Below, one piece after another: positions 1 through 9,478 of a stretch of DNA of 64,000 nt. Each line of letters opens with the position of its first letter. Within the stretch, counting starts at the first letter, position 1. This DNA is from a bacterium (GTDB taxonomy: Bacteria > Verrucomicrobiota > Verrucomicrobiia > Verrucomicrobiales > V1-33), in contig JANOAS010000288.1 of assembly GCA_031411255.1 (NCBI GenBank), positions 2,776-66,775 on the forward strand, written 5' to 3'. The position numbers and the translations under genes are program-made. The notes beneath the pieces are model-generated. The model saw only the letters and a list, made by a program, of their open reading frames with translations, did not search any database and was not told the DNA's origin.

Positions 1-250
1 CCTTGTCCACCGTGTCGGAAACAAGGACACGGTATCTGACCGAGAGGTGAAAATCGCCCGCCGGCATCACCGTCCGCTGGCAGAGATTTCCGTAAACGTC
101 GGTGAACTCGACCACCGGCACCTGGGGGGAAATGTGGAACTCCTCCCGCATGACCCACTGGGCCCATCCGCTGCGCGGGCGCAGCATGAAAACGGCGGGA
201 ACCTCCTCCGCATTGCGGTAGTTCAGCTGGCAGGTGGCATCAAGGATCAT
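1..250 (-). CDS. Transglutaminase-like family protein, N-terminal part (runs off the window edge)
   Basis: Not in the ORF track. Manual translation from ATG at 250 gives MILDATCQLNYRNAEEVPAVFMLRPRSGWAQWVMREEFHISPQVPVVEFTDVYGNLCQR, matching the MLRP...D.YGN.CQR N-terminus of bacterial transglutaminase-like proteins. Confidence 0.75.
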   Translation of the reverse strand, partial: MILDATCQLNYRNAEEVPAVFMLRPRSGWAQWVMREEFHISPQVPVVEFTDVYGNLCQRTVMPAGDFHLSVRYRVLVSDTVDK

Positions 251-497
251 GGGGCGGGCGGTGTTCGCAGAACGCGGGTGGATGGCGGGGTCCCTCATTC
301 GCTGAAGGCAGCGGAACGGCAAATGAAATCGGCCGGTTTGGGCAGGCCGGGCTTGCCGGGGGCGCGATGGTCGCAGTCGCGTCCGGAACCGGCCCTCTCC
401 ATCACCAGCGGCGCCCCTCCCCTCTTGAGGGCCTCCCCATCCGCTGTTAAATGGCCCATTGCCAGACCGGGTGGCCGCTGTCAGGGTGTTGATGTGA

Positions 498-594
498 GGA
501 GGGTGTTGTGTGCCTGGTGGCCGCCGTAGTCTTCAAAACTATTGTCGGGCAGTCATCCTGTCCGGGGTTGGTTCGATTCCTTCCCCCTCCGCCA
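498..594 (+). tRNA. selC: tRNA-Sec (anticodon UCA), atypical fold
   Basis: GGAGGG...CCCTCC-G-CCA acceptor end; D-loop TGGT; anticodon arm GTAGT-CTTCAAA-ACTAT; long variable arm CGGGCAG/CTGTCCG; T-loop TTCGATT; 97 nt. Confidence 0.88.
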
Positions 595-667
595 TTCGCA
601 GCCTGAAAACCCGGCATGCGGACATGCCCCTCCCCGCGCCCGGGAAAAAGCGCGCTCCTCGCGGAGT

Positions 668-2164
668 TCAGGGCTTCCCCGGGAGTGGATCGAGCCCTGC
701 CGGACGAAGCCCGGTTCCCTTGACTCCGGTGAGTGAATCGCCCAGGTCCGCCCTGGCGGGAGCGGCCAGCGCGGTGAGCCGCGCGACGATGTCCGGATGC
801 CCGGCGGCGACGTTGTGCTGCTCCCCCGGGTCGCTGCGGAGATCAAAGAGGGACAGTTCAAGCTTCTCCACACGCTGACCATGGCGGCTGGCGATGGCAT
901 CCATGCTGGAGTCCGTGATGGCCCGCGGGGTGCCCCGGCCCCAGTTCGACGGCTTCCCGCCCCGGCCCGGCTCCCCTGCCGTGGTCAGGTAGGGATGAGG
1001 GAAATGCAGCTTCCAGTCCCCGCTCCGCACGGCGTGCAGTTCATCGCCTGCATAGAAAAACAGGGCCTCGTGGGGAGCCCGGGCTCCCGGCTTGCCAAAA
1101 AGCAGCGGAACCGCACTCACGCCGTCGATCTTCCGCTCCGGGGCCTTGCCGCCGGTGATTTCCCGCAGGGTGGGCAGCCAGTCGATGGCCATCCAGGGGA
1201 CGTCACACACACGGGCCGCCGGCACTTTTCCCGGCCAGCGCACCAGCAGCGGCGAACGCATGCCCCCCTCAAAAGCGGTGAGCTTCCCCTCCCGCAGCGG
1301 GGCGGCGGACCCGGCGTACTCGCCGTAGCTGAGCCACGGACCATTGTCCGAAAAAAAGATGACAAGCGTGTTTTCCGCGAGCTTCAGCCGGTCCAGCGCG
1401 CCGAGGATTTCACCAACAGACCAGTCCAGCTCCTCCACCACATCCCCATACAGCCCGTGCTTTGAGCGGCCCTTGAATTTCTCCGAAACCGCGATGGGCA
1501 CGTGCGGCATGACGTGGGGCAGGTAGAGAAAAAACGGCCGGCTGGCATTGCGCTCGATGAACGACACCGCACGGTCGGTAAACCGGCGTGTGAACTGGCT
1601 CTGGTCGGGGTCCTGCTCGATCACACGCTGTCCATCGAAAAGCGGAAGCGGCGGCATCTCAGCGGCAAGTACGGGATGAAATTTGGAGTTGTCGTTCGAA
1701 TAGGGAATGCCCAGCCACTCGTCGAAGCCGTTGCGCAGAGGATTGAAGGCCGCAGCGGTGCCGAGGTGCCACTTGCCGACGATGGACGTCGCATAGCCCC
1801 GATCGCGCAGCATTTCCGGCAGCAGCCACTCATCCGCATGAAGTCCGTTCCGGCTCGTGTGGTTGAGCGCGCCATGCAGGCCGATCCTGTTCGGGTAGCA
1901 GCCAGTGAGCAGCGCGGCGCGGCTGGCCGTGCACACTGCCTGAGCCACATAGAAATTTGTGAACCTCGTCCCCTGCCCGGCCAGCCGGTCAAGATTCGGC
2001 GTGCGGATGTCCTTTGCCCCGAAACATCCGAGATCCGCATAGCCGAGGTCATCGGCCAGGATGAGAACAATGTTTGGCGCACCGCCCCCGGCTGCCACAA
2101 GAGGCTGGATGGATCCGGTGCACAGGAGCAGCAGCGCAAGCAGAAGGCGGAGACGCAATTTCAT
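668..2164 (-). CDS. Secreted arylsulfatase (formylglycine-dependent S1 sulfatase)
   Basis: Signal peptide; PNIVLILADDLG; CTASRAALLTG active-site motif; GKWHLG; SDNG. Confidence 0.93.
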   Translation of the reverse strand: MKLRLRLLLALLLLCTGSIQPLVAAGGGAPNIVLILADDLGYADLGCFGAKDIRTPNLDRLAGQGTRFTNFYVAQAVCTASRAALLTGCYPNRIGLHGALNHTSRNGLHADEWLLPEMLRDRGYATSIVGKWHLGTAAAFNPLRNGFDEWLGIPYSNDNSKFHPVLAAEMPPLPLFDGQRVIEQDPDQSQFTRRFTDRAVSFIERNASRPFFLYLPHVMPHVPIAVSEKFKGRSKHGLYGDVVEELDWSVGEILGALDRLKLAENTLVIFFSDNGPWLSYGEYAGSAAPLREGKLTAFEGGMRSPLLVRWPGKVPAARVCDVPWMAIDWLPTLREITGGKAPERKIDGVSAVPLLFGKPGARAPHEALFFYAGDELHAVRSGDWKLHFPHPYLTTAGEPGRGGKPSNWGRGTPRAITDSSMDAIASRHGQRVEKLELSLFDLRSDPGEQHNVAAGHPDIVARLTALAAPARADLGDSLTGVKGTGLRPAGLDPLPGKP

Positions 2165-3267
2165 GGTTTCGGGATGCCGGTGATTTCAGAGACTTTGTTG
2201 AAAAAAGCCCGCTTCCGGCCGGAGCTGATGCCCCAGTTCACCGGCGGGGACTGGTAGCCCTCCTCGCTGGCCTCGCCCTTTCGCCGATAGTCGAACCACC
2301 CCCACGAGACGTGCTCTGCGACAGCTGCGGTGAAGTTGTTTTGCGGCTGGTCGAACTCCTCGTGGTCGTCCTCGTTAAAAAGCACGGGCATGGTGTGAAA
2401 TCCGGGCACGGCACGCGTTTCCTTGATCATCTCAGTAATGCGGGACGGCTCCTTCACGTTGTTCCCGTGCAGAAGGAGAAAGTCGGAAACCCGGACCACG
2501 TTTTCCCGGGGAATGCCGCCCCCGCCATAGCTGGTGCCCGCGAGCAGGCGGCGGCCGTCGCGCTCCACCTTCTTCACCCGCTCGATGAGTTCGTGAATCC
2601 GTGCCGGCTTGAGGATTTCGTGATCGTAGGCGGCGATGTTGGTTTCGTTGTTTACCTCGATGAGCACGTTCCGCCACCCGCCATCGAGCACCCAGCGGGT
2701 GGCCTCGTCCGTGGCGCGGATGACGGCGGCCTCGTCCTTCAGCCGCTGGTCCTGGCCGAAATAAAAATACCCGAGGATGACGACCATTTCCGCCTTGTCC
2801 GCGGCATCGAGCACGCGCCGCATCCGGCCGGCAAAGGCGGGCCGCAGCGCCCCATCCGCCTCGAAGGCACCGCTGATCCACGGCTGGGAGGACGAATAAC
2901 CCTCGGGGGAGCCGCCCTGAAAATTCACCGTGACGGCCAGAAGCCCGTGCGCCCTCCACACGGGCATGGCGGCAATAAATTCGCTCACATTGCGCTCCGG
3001 ATCCCACTTTCCCGTGTCCGCGTAGGCCCAGCGCCCGGCGGACTCCAGGTTCAGGTCGTCATAGGTCGCCTGCACCATGCGGGAGTTCAGCAGCAGACCC
3101 TCGATGCGCCGCCCCTGCCAGGTGCGGCCCTCATAGGTCGGCTTTCCGTTGATGTGGAAATCATCCCCGTGGATGCTGACCGCGGTCAGGCGGGCAGGTG
3201 ACTCTGCAGCACAAAAAGCAGGGAACAGCAGGCCGGCAACCGCGCCGATGACAGGGAGAAATTTCAT
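2161..3267 (-). CDS. Secreted uncharacterised protein, probable TIM-barrel glycoside hydrolase (clan GH-A-like)
   Basis: Signal peptide; NVLIEVNNE and PVLFNED resemble acid/base and nucleophile Glu positions; C-terminal SWGWFD; 4-bp overlap with the sulfatase. Confidence 0.55.
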   Translation of the reverse strand: MKFLPVIGAVAGLLFPAFCAAESPARLTAVSIHGDDFHINGKPTYEGRTWQGRRIEGLLLNSRMVQATYDDLNLESAGRWAYADTGKWDPERNVSEFIAAMPVWRAHGLLAVTVNFQGGSPEGYSSSQPWISGAFEADGALRPAFAGRMRRVLDAADKAEMVVILGYFYFGQDQRLKDEAAVIRATDEATRWVLDGGWRNVLIEVNNETNIAAYDHEILKPARIHELIERVKKVERDGRRLLAGTSYGGGGIPRENVVRVSDFLLLHGNNVKEPSRITEMIKETRAVPGFHTMPVLFNEDDHEEFDQPQNNFTAAVAEHVSWGWFDYRRKGEASEEGYQSPPVNWGISSGRKRAFFNKVSEITGIPKP

Positions 3268-3272
3268 GCGAG

Positions 3273-4751
3273 TCAGCGGATTTTTTGATCCGGCAGCTGC
3301 GCCTTGATGCCCTCGTCCAGCGGCATCTTGTCCTTGTCCGGCGTGAGCCCCTGCTCGCTCAGCAGAGTGGCGAGCTGCTTTTCCAGCCCGGCGCGCGTCG
3401 CGGCGTGAGCCGGGTCTGCGGCCAGGTTGTGCAGCTCCAGAGGGTCCGCCGCGAGATCGTAAAGCTCCGCCAGATGCTTGTCCGCAGAGCCGTCACCGTG
3501 CGGGTAGCGGATGAATTTCCATTTGTCGGTGCGAATGCCGCGGATGTTCGGCGTGTAGGGAAACTGCTTCTCGTAGTTGTACTCGTAGAACCACTCCTTG
3601 CGCCAGCCTGCGTCCCCTCCCCCGGCCAACTTCCGCCAGGACCGTCCTTGGATTTTTTCCAGCGCCGGGGCACCGCAGAGGTCGAGCAGACTGGGTGCGA
3701 CGTCCTCGGTCAGCACCTGGCGTGGCTCGACCTTTCCGGACGGCAGGCCGGGCCCGCGTGCAATGATGGGAATGCGGATGCTGGGCTCGTGCATGGTGCG
3801 CTTGTCCACCATGCCGTGCTCTCCCTCCAGCAGGCCGTTGTCCCCCATGAAAATGATGATCGTGTTTTCAAACTGGCCGCTCTTTTTCAGCCACTCCACC
3901 AGGCGCGCCACGCTGTCGTCCACGCTCAGAATGGTGCCCCAGTAGCCGTGCACCATGTTCTCGAAGTCGCGCACCGCCTCCGGGCGTTCATCGGGAAAGG
4001 TCTTCCTCCATTCGAAGAGCGGTCCGTAGATGCCGTGCCAGGTGGACAGCCGCTGGCGGATCCAGTCAGGCTTGCCCCCGAGGGCAAAAGCGCTGGCGGG
4101 ATACGGCACGCGGACCGGGTCAAAGGAGTGGGCGTACTTTTCCTCGGGGGTGTAGAAGCTGTGCGGTGCCTTGTGCCCGAGACAGAGCGCCCACGGCTTG
4201 GCCGCATCACGCTTCGAGAGCCAGTCGAGCGCCATGTCAGTGACGACGGTGGTGTAGTAGCCCGGCACCAGTTTGGAGCCGGCGCCGTTTACGTTCCACT
4301 CGGTGTCGAAGTACTTGCCCTGCCCCTTGTGCGTGACGAACCAGTCGAAGCCGGCGCGCGGCGCGTCATTGTTCTCGCCCATGTGCCACTTGCCAATGTA
4401 GCCGGTGGCGTAGCCCGTCTCGCGCAGCCGGCCCGGCCAGTGCGGAAGAGCTGCGGGCAGCTCGGTGAAGTTGTCCCGCACCCCGTGGCGGCTGGCGTAG
4501 AGTCCAGTCAGGATGCTGGCACGGCTGGGCGAGCAGAGCGAGGTGGTGCAGAAGGCATTTTCAAACCGGACCCCGCCGGCGGCCAGTGCATCGATGTTCG
4601 GCGTCTTCACCACAGGCGATCCGTAGCAGCCCAGAGCGGCGGGCCGAAGATCATCGCAGAGGATGAAAAGGACGTTTGGTTTTTTCTCCGCAGCACCGGC
4701 CATCGCGACGAGGGCCAGAAGGAGGACGATGAGACAATGGGCGGCTTTCAT
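3273..4751 (-). CDS. Secreted sulfatase, N-acetylglucosamine-6-sulfatase-like
   Basis: PNVLFILCDD; CSPSRASILTG; GKWHMG; HKAPH; GDNG...EHG..DKR. Confidence 0.92.
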   Translation of the reverse strand: MKAAHCLIVLLLALVAMAGAAEKKPNVLFILCDDLRPAALGCYGSPVVKTPNIDALAAGGVRFENAFCTTSLCSPSRASILTGLYASRHGVRDNFTELPAALPHWPGRLRETGYATGYIGKWHMGENNDAPRAGFDWFVTHKGQGKYFDTEWNVNGAGSKLVPGYYTTVVTDMALDWLSKRDAAKPWALCLGHKAPHSFYTPEEKYAHSFDPVRVPYPASAFALGGKPDWIRQRLSTWHGIYGPLFEWRKTFPDERPEAVRDFENMVHGYWGTILSVDDSVARLVEWLKKSGQFENTIIIFMGDNGLLEGEHGMVDKRTMHEPSIRIPIIARGPGLPSGKVEPRQVLTEDVAPSLLDLCGAPALEKIQGRSWRKLAGGGDAGWRKEWFYEYNYEKQFPYTPNIRGIRTDKWKFIRYPHGDGSADKHLAELYDLAADPLELHNLAADPAHAATRAGLEKQLATLLSEQGLTPDKDKMPLDEGIKAQLPDQKIR

Positions 4752-4830
4752 GAGGGGGTAGGAGTCTGGGCGGCGGGGAAAATGTCAGTCCGCCCCGGGG
4801 CCCCGCCGGCACCCGGGACGAACAGAGGCG

Positions 4831-7800
4831 CTACGGCTGAAACATGGGGTTCGCCTTGTCGCCGCCGCTCAGGATGTAGGCGGTCAGGTCGAGGATCTCC
4901 TCCTTCTTCAGCATCATCAGCAGCATGGGCGGCATGGGCGAAACCTTGCTCGGCTCGATGCTCTTGACGTCCTTCCGGTCGATCGTCGCCTGCTGGTAGG
5001 GATCGGAACTGTCCGTGTTGATCATCACGTTGTCGCCGTTCAGATTCACCACCACGCCGGTGACCATTTCGCCGTTGTTCTTCGTCACGACGATGGGGGC
5101 AAACTGCTCATTGATGACCTTGCTCGGATTGATGATCTGGTCAATGAGATCGTGCGCGCTGTAGCGACCGCCGGCACCGGTGAGGTCCGGGCCGGTCATG
5201 CCGCCCTGGTTGCCGAAGCGGTGGCAGGTGAAGCACGCGGCCGCGCCAAACATCTTGCGCCCGTTTTCAAAGCTGCGCCCTTTCAGCCCCGTTTGTGCGG
5301 CGGCACTCAGCTCCTCCAGCGTCCACTGGGTGGGCGTGCGGCCGGCGAACATCGTGCCCACGTTTTCCACGGCGGACTTCCGCTCGGGCTTTTTCGCGAT
5401 GAGTTCGGCGAGGGCGGTCTTGTCTCCCTCGCTAAAGTTGGCGAGCGTGTCGTTGCGGATGAACTCGACAAACTTGTCAAAGCTGGCCCCGCCGCGGAAG
5501 TTCGCCGCCTTCAGAAACCACTCCAGCTGGGCGGTGCGCAGCTCCCGGGTCCAGCCGGTCTTCAGAAAACGAATGCTGCGGGCGTACTCGACCTGCGGCT
5601 CCTGGCTGGGTGCGGCAGCGATGAGGGCCATGGCCTTGGCTGCGGTGTTCGGGGCCTGGAGGTAGCCCAGCGTCTCGCAGAGCAGCCAGTTCAGCTCAAA
5701 GCTCTCGGCGGGGAAGGCCGGATCGAGTTTCGCTATGAGGGCGGCCACGGTGGCGTCGTCCGGATTTCCAAAACGGTGCAGGACGATCTCCGTGATGCGG
5801 ACGAAGGCCAGGCGCTGGTCGGCGGTCAGCTTCGACCAGTCGAGCTTCAGCAGGGCGGCGAAAAGCTTGTCGCGCATGGCGGTGCTGACGACGTGGTCAG
5901 GCTTCCGATGCGTCGGGCAGACGCCGGTGGTCTCGGCCAGGGCGAGCAGGGCGGGCAGCTGTTTGGCGGCATCCGTCTCGGCCAGGGCGCGGGCTTCCCA
6001 CTCCGCCACGGGCTGGTGCTCGATGGCGATGCGGGCGGCCCAGCTGATGAAGCGGTCGGCATTTCCCAGGTGCGGCCAGGCGGTCTCCACGGCCTTCGGG
6101 TCCCGGTGGCCGTGGAAGGCCTCCAGCTGGTGGCGCAGGTCGCGCTCCGGTGTGCTGGTGGGGGTGGCGGGCACGGGTGCGGTGCTTTCCGAACCGGTGT
6201 AGGTGACGCGGTAGAGCCCGGACTGCACCCGGCGACCGCCGATGGCGAAATACATGGCACCGTCCTTCGGATGGATGATGGCGTCCGTGAGCGGGAGCGG
6301 CGAGCCAGTGAGGAACTCCTCCTTCGTGGCAGTGTAGCTGGCTCCGGCGGGCTTGAGCGTGACGGTGTAGAGCTTGCCCCAGCTCCAGTCGAGGATGAAG
6401 AGGGAGTTCTGGTATTTGGCCGGGAACTTCGCGCCGTAGCCAAAGGTGACGCCCGTGGGCGAACCAGGGCCGATGTTGAGGGTGGCAGGGAGGTTGTCGG
6501 TGTAAAACTCGGGGTACTTGCCCGCGCCGTTGCGCCAGCCGTATTCGGCGCCGCTCACGACGTGGTTGATCCGCGTGGGGCGGTACCAGGACGTGTTGAA
6601 GTCATACTCCATGTCCGCGTCGTAGGTGAAGAGTTCGCCGTCGTGGTTCACCGCGCCGTCAAAAATGTTGCGGAAGCCTGAGGCGAAGATCTCGAACTGT
6701 TTCCCGTCTGGGGAGACGCGGTAGATGATGCCACCGGGGGCCATCACGTCGCGGTTGTGCCCGCGCCCATCGGGCATGCGGGGGAGCAGGTGGTCGTCGC
6801 CCCAGACGCGGGGAACGGGGGAGGTCGGCGCGGCCTCGGTGGGTTTGGCGTTGTTGCCGCTGATGAGGTAGAGCCCCTTGCCATCGGGGGTGGGCACGAT
6901 GGCATGGACGCCGTGGTCGCCTTTGGATTCGATGGCGCGGAGCAGTTCCACCTTGTCGAGCTGGTCGTCGCCGTTGGAATCCGTGATGCGGTAGAGGCCG
7001 CTGGGGATCTTTGACTCGTAGTCATTCACGCCGACGTAGAGGGCCCCGAAGGCGAAGACCATGCCGTTCACAGCGCGCATGTCGACGGGCACCTTTTCCA
7101 CCGCCGCCGGGTCCAGCGGCTGGCCGGGCGCGGGCGGGGTGAAACGGTAGAGGCCGCCGTACTGGTCGCTGGCGTAGATGCGGCCCTTGTCATCCGCGCA
7201 GAGGTTGACCCAGGATCCCTGGTCACCGCCCGGCACGGAGTAGAGCAGCTCCACCTGGAAATCCTTCGGTGCCTTGATCCGGCTCACGGGCGTGGCAGTG
7301 TTTTCCCCCACAGCCGCGCCGCGCTCCACCGGGGCCTTTGCCTCAGGCTTGGGGGCTGCCTCCTTCTTTGGTTTCGGCGCAGGAGCGGCCTTTTTCTCGA
7401 TTTTGGTCGCTCCGGCAGGCAGCGGAGCCTGGGCGAGGGTGACGAGGCCGCCATCCGGCAGGTCTTTCAGCATCACGTCCTTGATCTGCACGCTCATGGC
7501 GGGACCGCGGTGAATCTGAAAGGCCACGATGCCCTCCAGCGACCGGGCTTTCTCCTCATGATCCACAAGGTCGATGGTGACCTGGCCGTCCAGCTTGTGG
7601 ATGAGGTGGTTTCCCTGCGCAATGACGGTGTAGTCGTGCCAGTCGGCCACCTCCACCTTCACCGGCTCCCGATTTTCCACCAGCCACTGGGCCCCCTCCG
7701 GGTCGATGACGATGCTCTGGCCGTTCTGAATGATGATCCCGCGTCCGCGCTCCTCGTAGACCATGCCGTTGTAGGGTGGGTTAGGATGGATGTCGCACTG

Positions 7801-8139
7801 GTAGCCGCCCACGGACCACTGGCCGACGGCGGGCAGTTCCTTGCTGCGGTACTGGATACCCGTGTTGTTTCCGCTCTGCTTGATCTTCGCGTGAAGCTCG
7901 AAGTTTTTCACCACTCCGCCTTTCCAGATGATGAACTGGTTGTATTTCATCTGGTCGGGGCCGGTGGTTTTGCCGGTGATGCACCCGTCCTGCACGCTCC
8001 AGAGTTCGGGATTTCCGTCCCAGCCGGCAAGGTCCTTGCCGTTGAAAAGAGGGCGGAAGCCCTCCGCATTGGTTTCAGCACGCCCTTGGGCGATGGCCAG
8101 GGCGGAGAGCAGAAGGCAGGTGTGATAGTGAATCTTCAT
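4831..8139 (-). CDS. DUF1080 (3-keto-disaccharide hydrolase-like) plus PVC-type beta-propeller/HEAT/cytochrome c protein
   Basis: Start trimmed to MKIHYHTCLL; LFNGKDLAGW...NTGIQYR...FQIH (DUF1080); GFRNIF and GPGSPTG propeller motifs; C-terminal CFTCH, GPDLT and SPMP. Confidence 0.85.
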   Translation of the reverse strand: MKIHYHTCLLLSALAIAQGRAETNAEGFRPLFNGKDLAGWDGNPELWSVQDGCITGKTTGPDQMKYNQFIIWKGGVVKNFELHAKIKQSGNNTGIQYRSKELPAVGQWSVGGYQCDIHPNPPYNGMVYEERGRGIIIQNGQSIVIDPEGAQWLVENREPVKVEVADWHDYTVIAQGNHLIHKLDGQVTIDLVDHEEKARSLEGIVAFQIHRGPAMSVQIKDVMLKDLPDGGLVTLAQAPLPAGATKIEKKAAPAPKPKKEAAPKPEAKAPVERGAAVGENTATPVSRIKAPKDFQVELLYSVPGGDQGSWVNLCADDKGRIYASDQYGGLYRFTPPAPGQPLDPAAVEKVPVDMRAVNGMVFAFGALYVGVNDYESKIPSGLYRITDSNGDDQLDKVELLRAIESKGDHGVHAIVPTPDGKGLYLISGNNAKPTEAAPTSPVPRVWGDDHLLPRMPDGRGHNRDVMAPGGIIYRVSPDGKQFEIFASGFRNIFDGAVNHDGELFTYDADMEYDFNTSWYRPTRINHVVSGAEYGWRNGAGKYPEFYTDNLPATLNIGPGSPTGVTFGYGAKFPAKYQNSLFILDWSWGKLYTVTLKPAGASYTATKEEFLTGSPLPLTDAIIHPKDGAMYFAIGGRRVQSGLYRVTYTGSESTAPVPATPTSTPERDLRHQLEAFHGHRDPKAVETAWPHLGNADRFISWAARIAIEHQPVAEWEARALAETDAAKQLPALLALAETTGVCPTHRKPDHVVSTAMRDKLFAALLKLDWSKLTADQRLAFVRITEIVLHRFGNPDDATVAALIAKLDPAFPAESFELNWLLCETLGYLQAPNTAAKAMALIAAAPSQEPQVEYARSIRFLKTGWTRELRTAQLEWFLKAANFRGGASFDKFVEFIRNDTLANFSEGDKTALAELIAKKPERKSAVENVGTMFAGRTPTQWTLEELSAAAQTGLKGRSFENGRKMFGAAACFTCHRFGNQGGMTGPDLTGAGGRYSAHDLIDQIINPSKVINEQFAPIVVTKNNGEMVTGVVVNLNGDNVMINTDSSDPYQQATIDRKDVKSIEPSKVSPMPPMLLMMLKKEEILDLTAYILSGGDKANPMFQP

Positions 8140-8292
8140 GGGCGGATGGAAATAGTACGGCGTTGAGGTCAGCCTTGGACGCACCGGACGCAAGGCTGGA
8201 TTTCGAGGATTTTCTCCCCGTCCCCTGCACCGGCTGCCCACCTGAACCCTTCGCCCGCCGCACGGTTGCGGCAAAAAGGCAGAGGGAAAGCG

Positions 8293-9243
8293 CTACCTCC
8301 CCTGCCTCCAGCGCAGGCACAGATCGCGCACCGCCTCGCTCCACTCGGGGTGGTGAAACTCAAACCCGGACTGGAGCAGCCTCCCCGGAGTGACGCGCCG
8401 GCTTTTCAGGACTAGCTCCGTCTCCGTCCTCATAAAAAAGGCGCCGAGAGTGATCATCCAGCTGAAGGCGGGCGGGCCAAGGCGGGTGCCCCAGGCCTCG
8501 CGGAAAAGGCGCATGAATTTCCGGTTCGGCAGCGGGTGGGGCGAGGCCAGGTTCACCGGACCGGAAAGTTCCTCATGCTCGATCAGCCAGCGGACCGCCC
8601 GGATGAAATCCGCATCGTGAATCCAGGACACGTATTGCCGCCCGGAGGCTGCCGTGCCGCCCAGCCCTCTGCGGACAAGCCCAACCATGACGTCGAAAAT
8701 TCCGCCACGGTCCGGACTCATGACGACGGCGGAGCGGAGCAGCACCTTCCGCGTGTGCGGTGTGTCCGCCTCGTTGGCCGCCTGCTCCCAGGCCCGGGCC
8801 ACCTCAACGCTGAATTTCCACGCCTCGCGCGCACCGGGATCGTTCTGGCCAATCGTACCGGTCAGGTCATCATTCGGCGAATCGAACCGGTGGGAGTAAA
8901 TCGTCGCCGTGCTCGACTGCAGCCAGATCCGGGGCGGATGGGCAGCCCGGCTGATCGCCTGCCCGACGACCCGGGTGGACTTCACCCTCGATTCCATGAT
9001 CTGGCGCCGGTTCTCCGCCGTGTAGCGGCAGTTCACACTGCGCCCGGCCAGATTGATGACCACGTCCGCGTTTTCCAACTCGCCCGCCCACTCCCCCGGC
9101 GTCTCCGCATCCCACTTGACCACCCTCCACGGCGCAGGGAAAACCCGACGGCTCAGCATCACCACCTCATGCCCCTCCGCGTGAAACGCCCGCGCCAGCA
9201 GGGTTCCCACTTGTCCGCTTCCGCCGGGGAGGATGGTTTTCAT
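8293..9243 (-). CDS. TIGR01777-like NAD-dependent epimerase/oxidoreductase (DUF1731 C-terminus)
   Basis: MKTILPGGSGQVG Rossmann motif; VINLAG; SWIH; GPVNL; KSRRVTPGRL. Confidence 0.88.
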   Translation of the reverse strand: MKTILPGGSGQVGTLLARAFHAEGHEVVMLSRRVFPAPWRVVKWDAETPGEWAGELENADVVINLAGRSVNCRYTAENRRQIMESRVKSTRVVGQAISRAAHPPRIWLQSSTATIYSHRFDSPNDDLTGTIGQNDPGAREAWKFSVEVARAWEQAANEADTPHTRKVLLRSAVVMSPDRGGIFDVMVGLVRRGLGGTAASGRQYVSWIHDADFIRAVRWLIEHEELSGPVNLASPHPLPNRKFMRLFREAWGTRLGPPAFSWMITLGAFFMRTETELVLKSRRVTPGRLLQSGFEFHHPEWSEAVRDLCLRWRQGR

Positions 9244-9478
9244 GAGAGGCTGCTGGTGATGGGAAAATGGCCATCGCAAGCCCGTCAACATCCCGTCGAC
9301 TTCCAAATCCGCAACCCGCATTCACCGTTGGCCATTCACAGCATCCCCTTCGCAAAGCAGTGTTCCTCCCTTCCGACGGGCATGCTCGGCCCATGGGCAG
9401 GTGCATCCATGCCCCAGCCCGGAATAAGGAGCTGTTGGGAATTGTCTTCACCAACCCCAACGGCTAAAGTCAAAACCA

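Noticed and set aside
47-529. 160-aa plus-strand ORF and ORFs crossing the tRNAs (510-878, 59185-59370)
   Set aside because: They overlap a better minus-strand CDS or tRNA genes and show no protein features.
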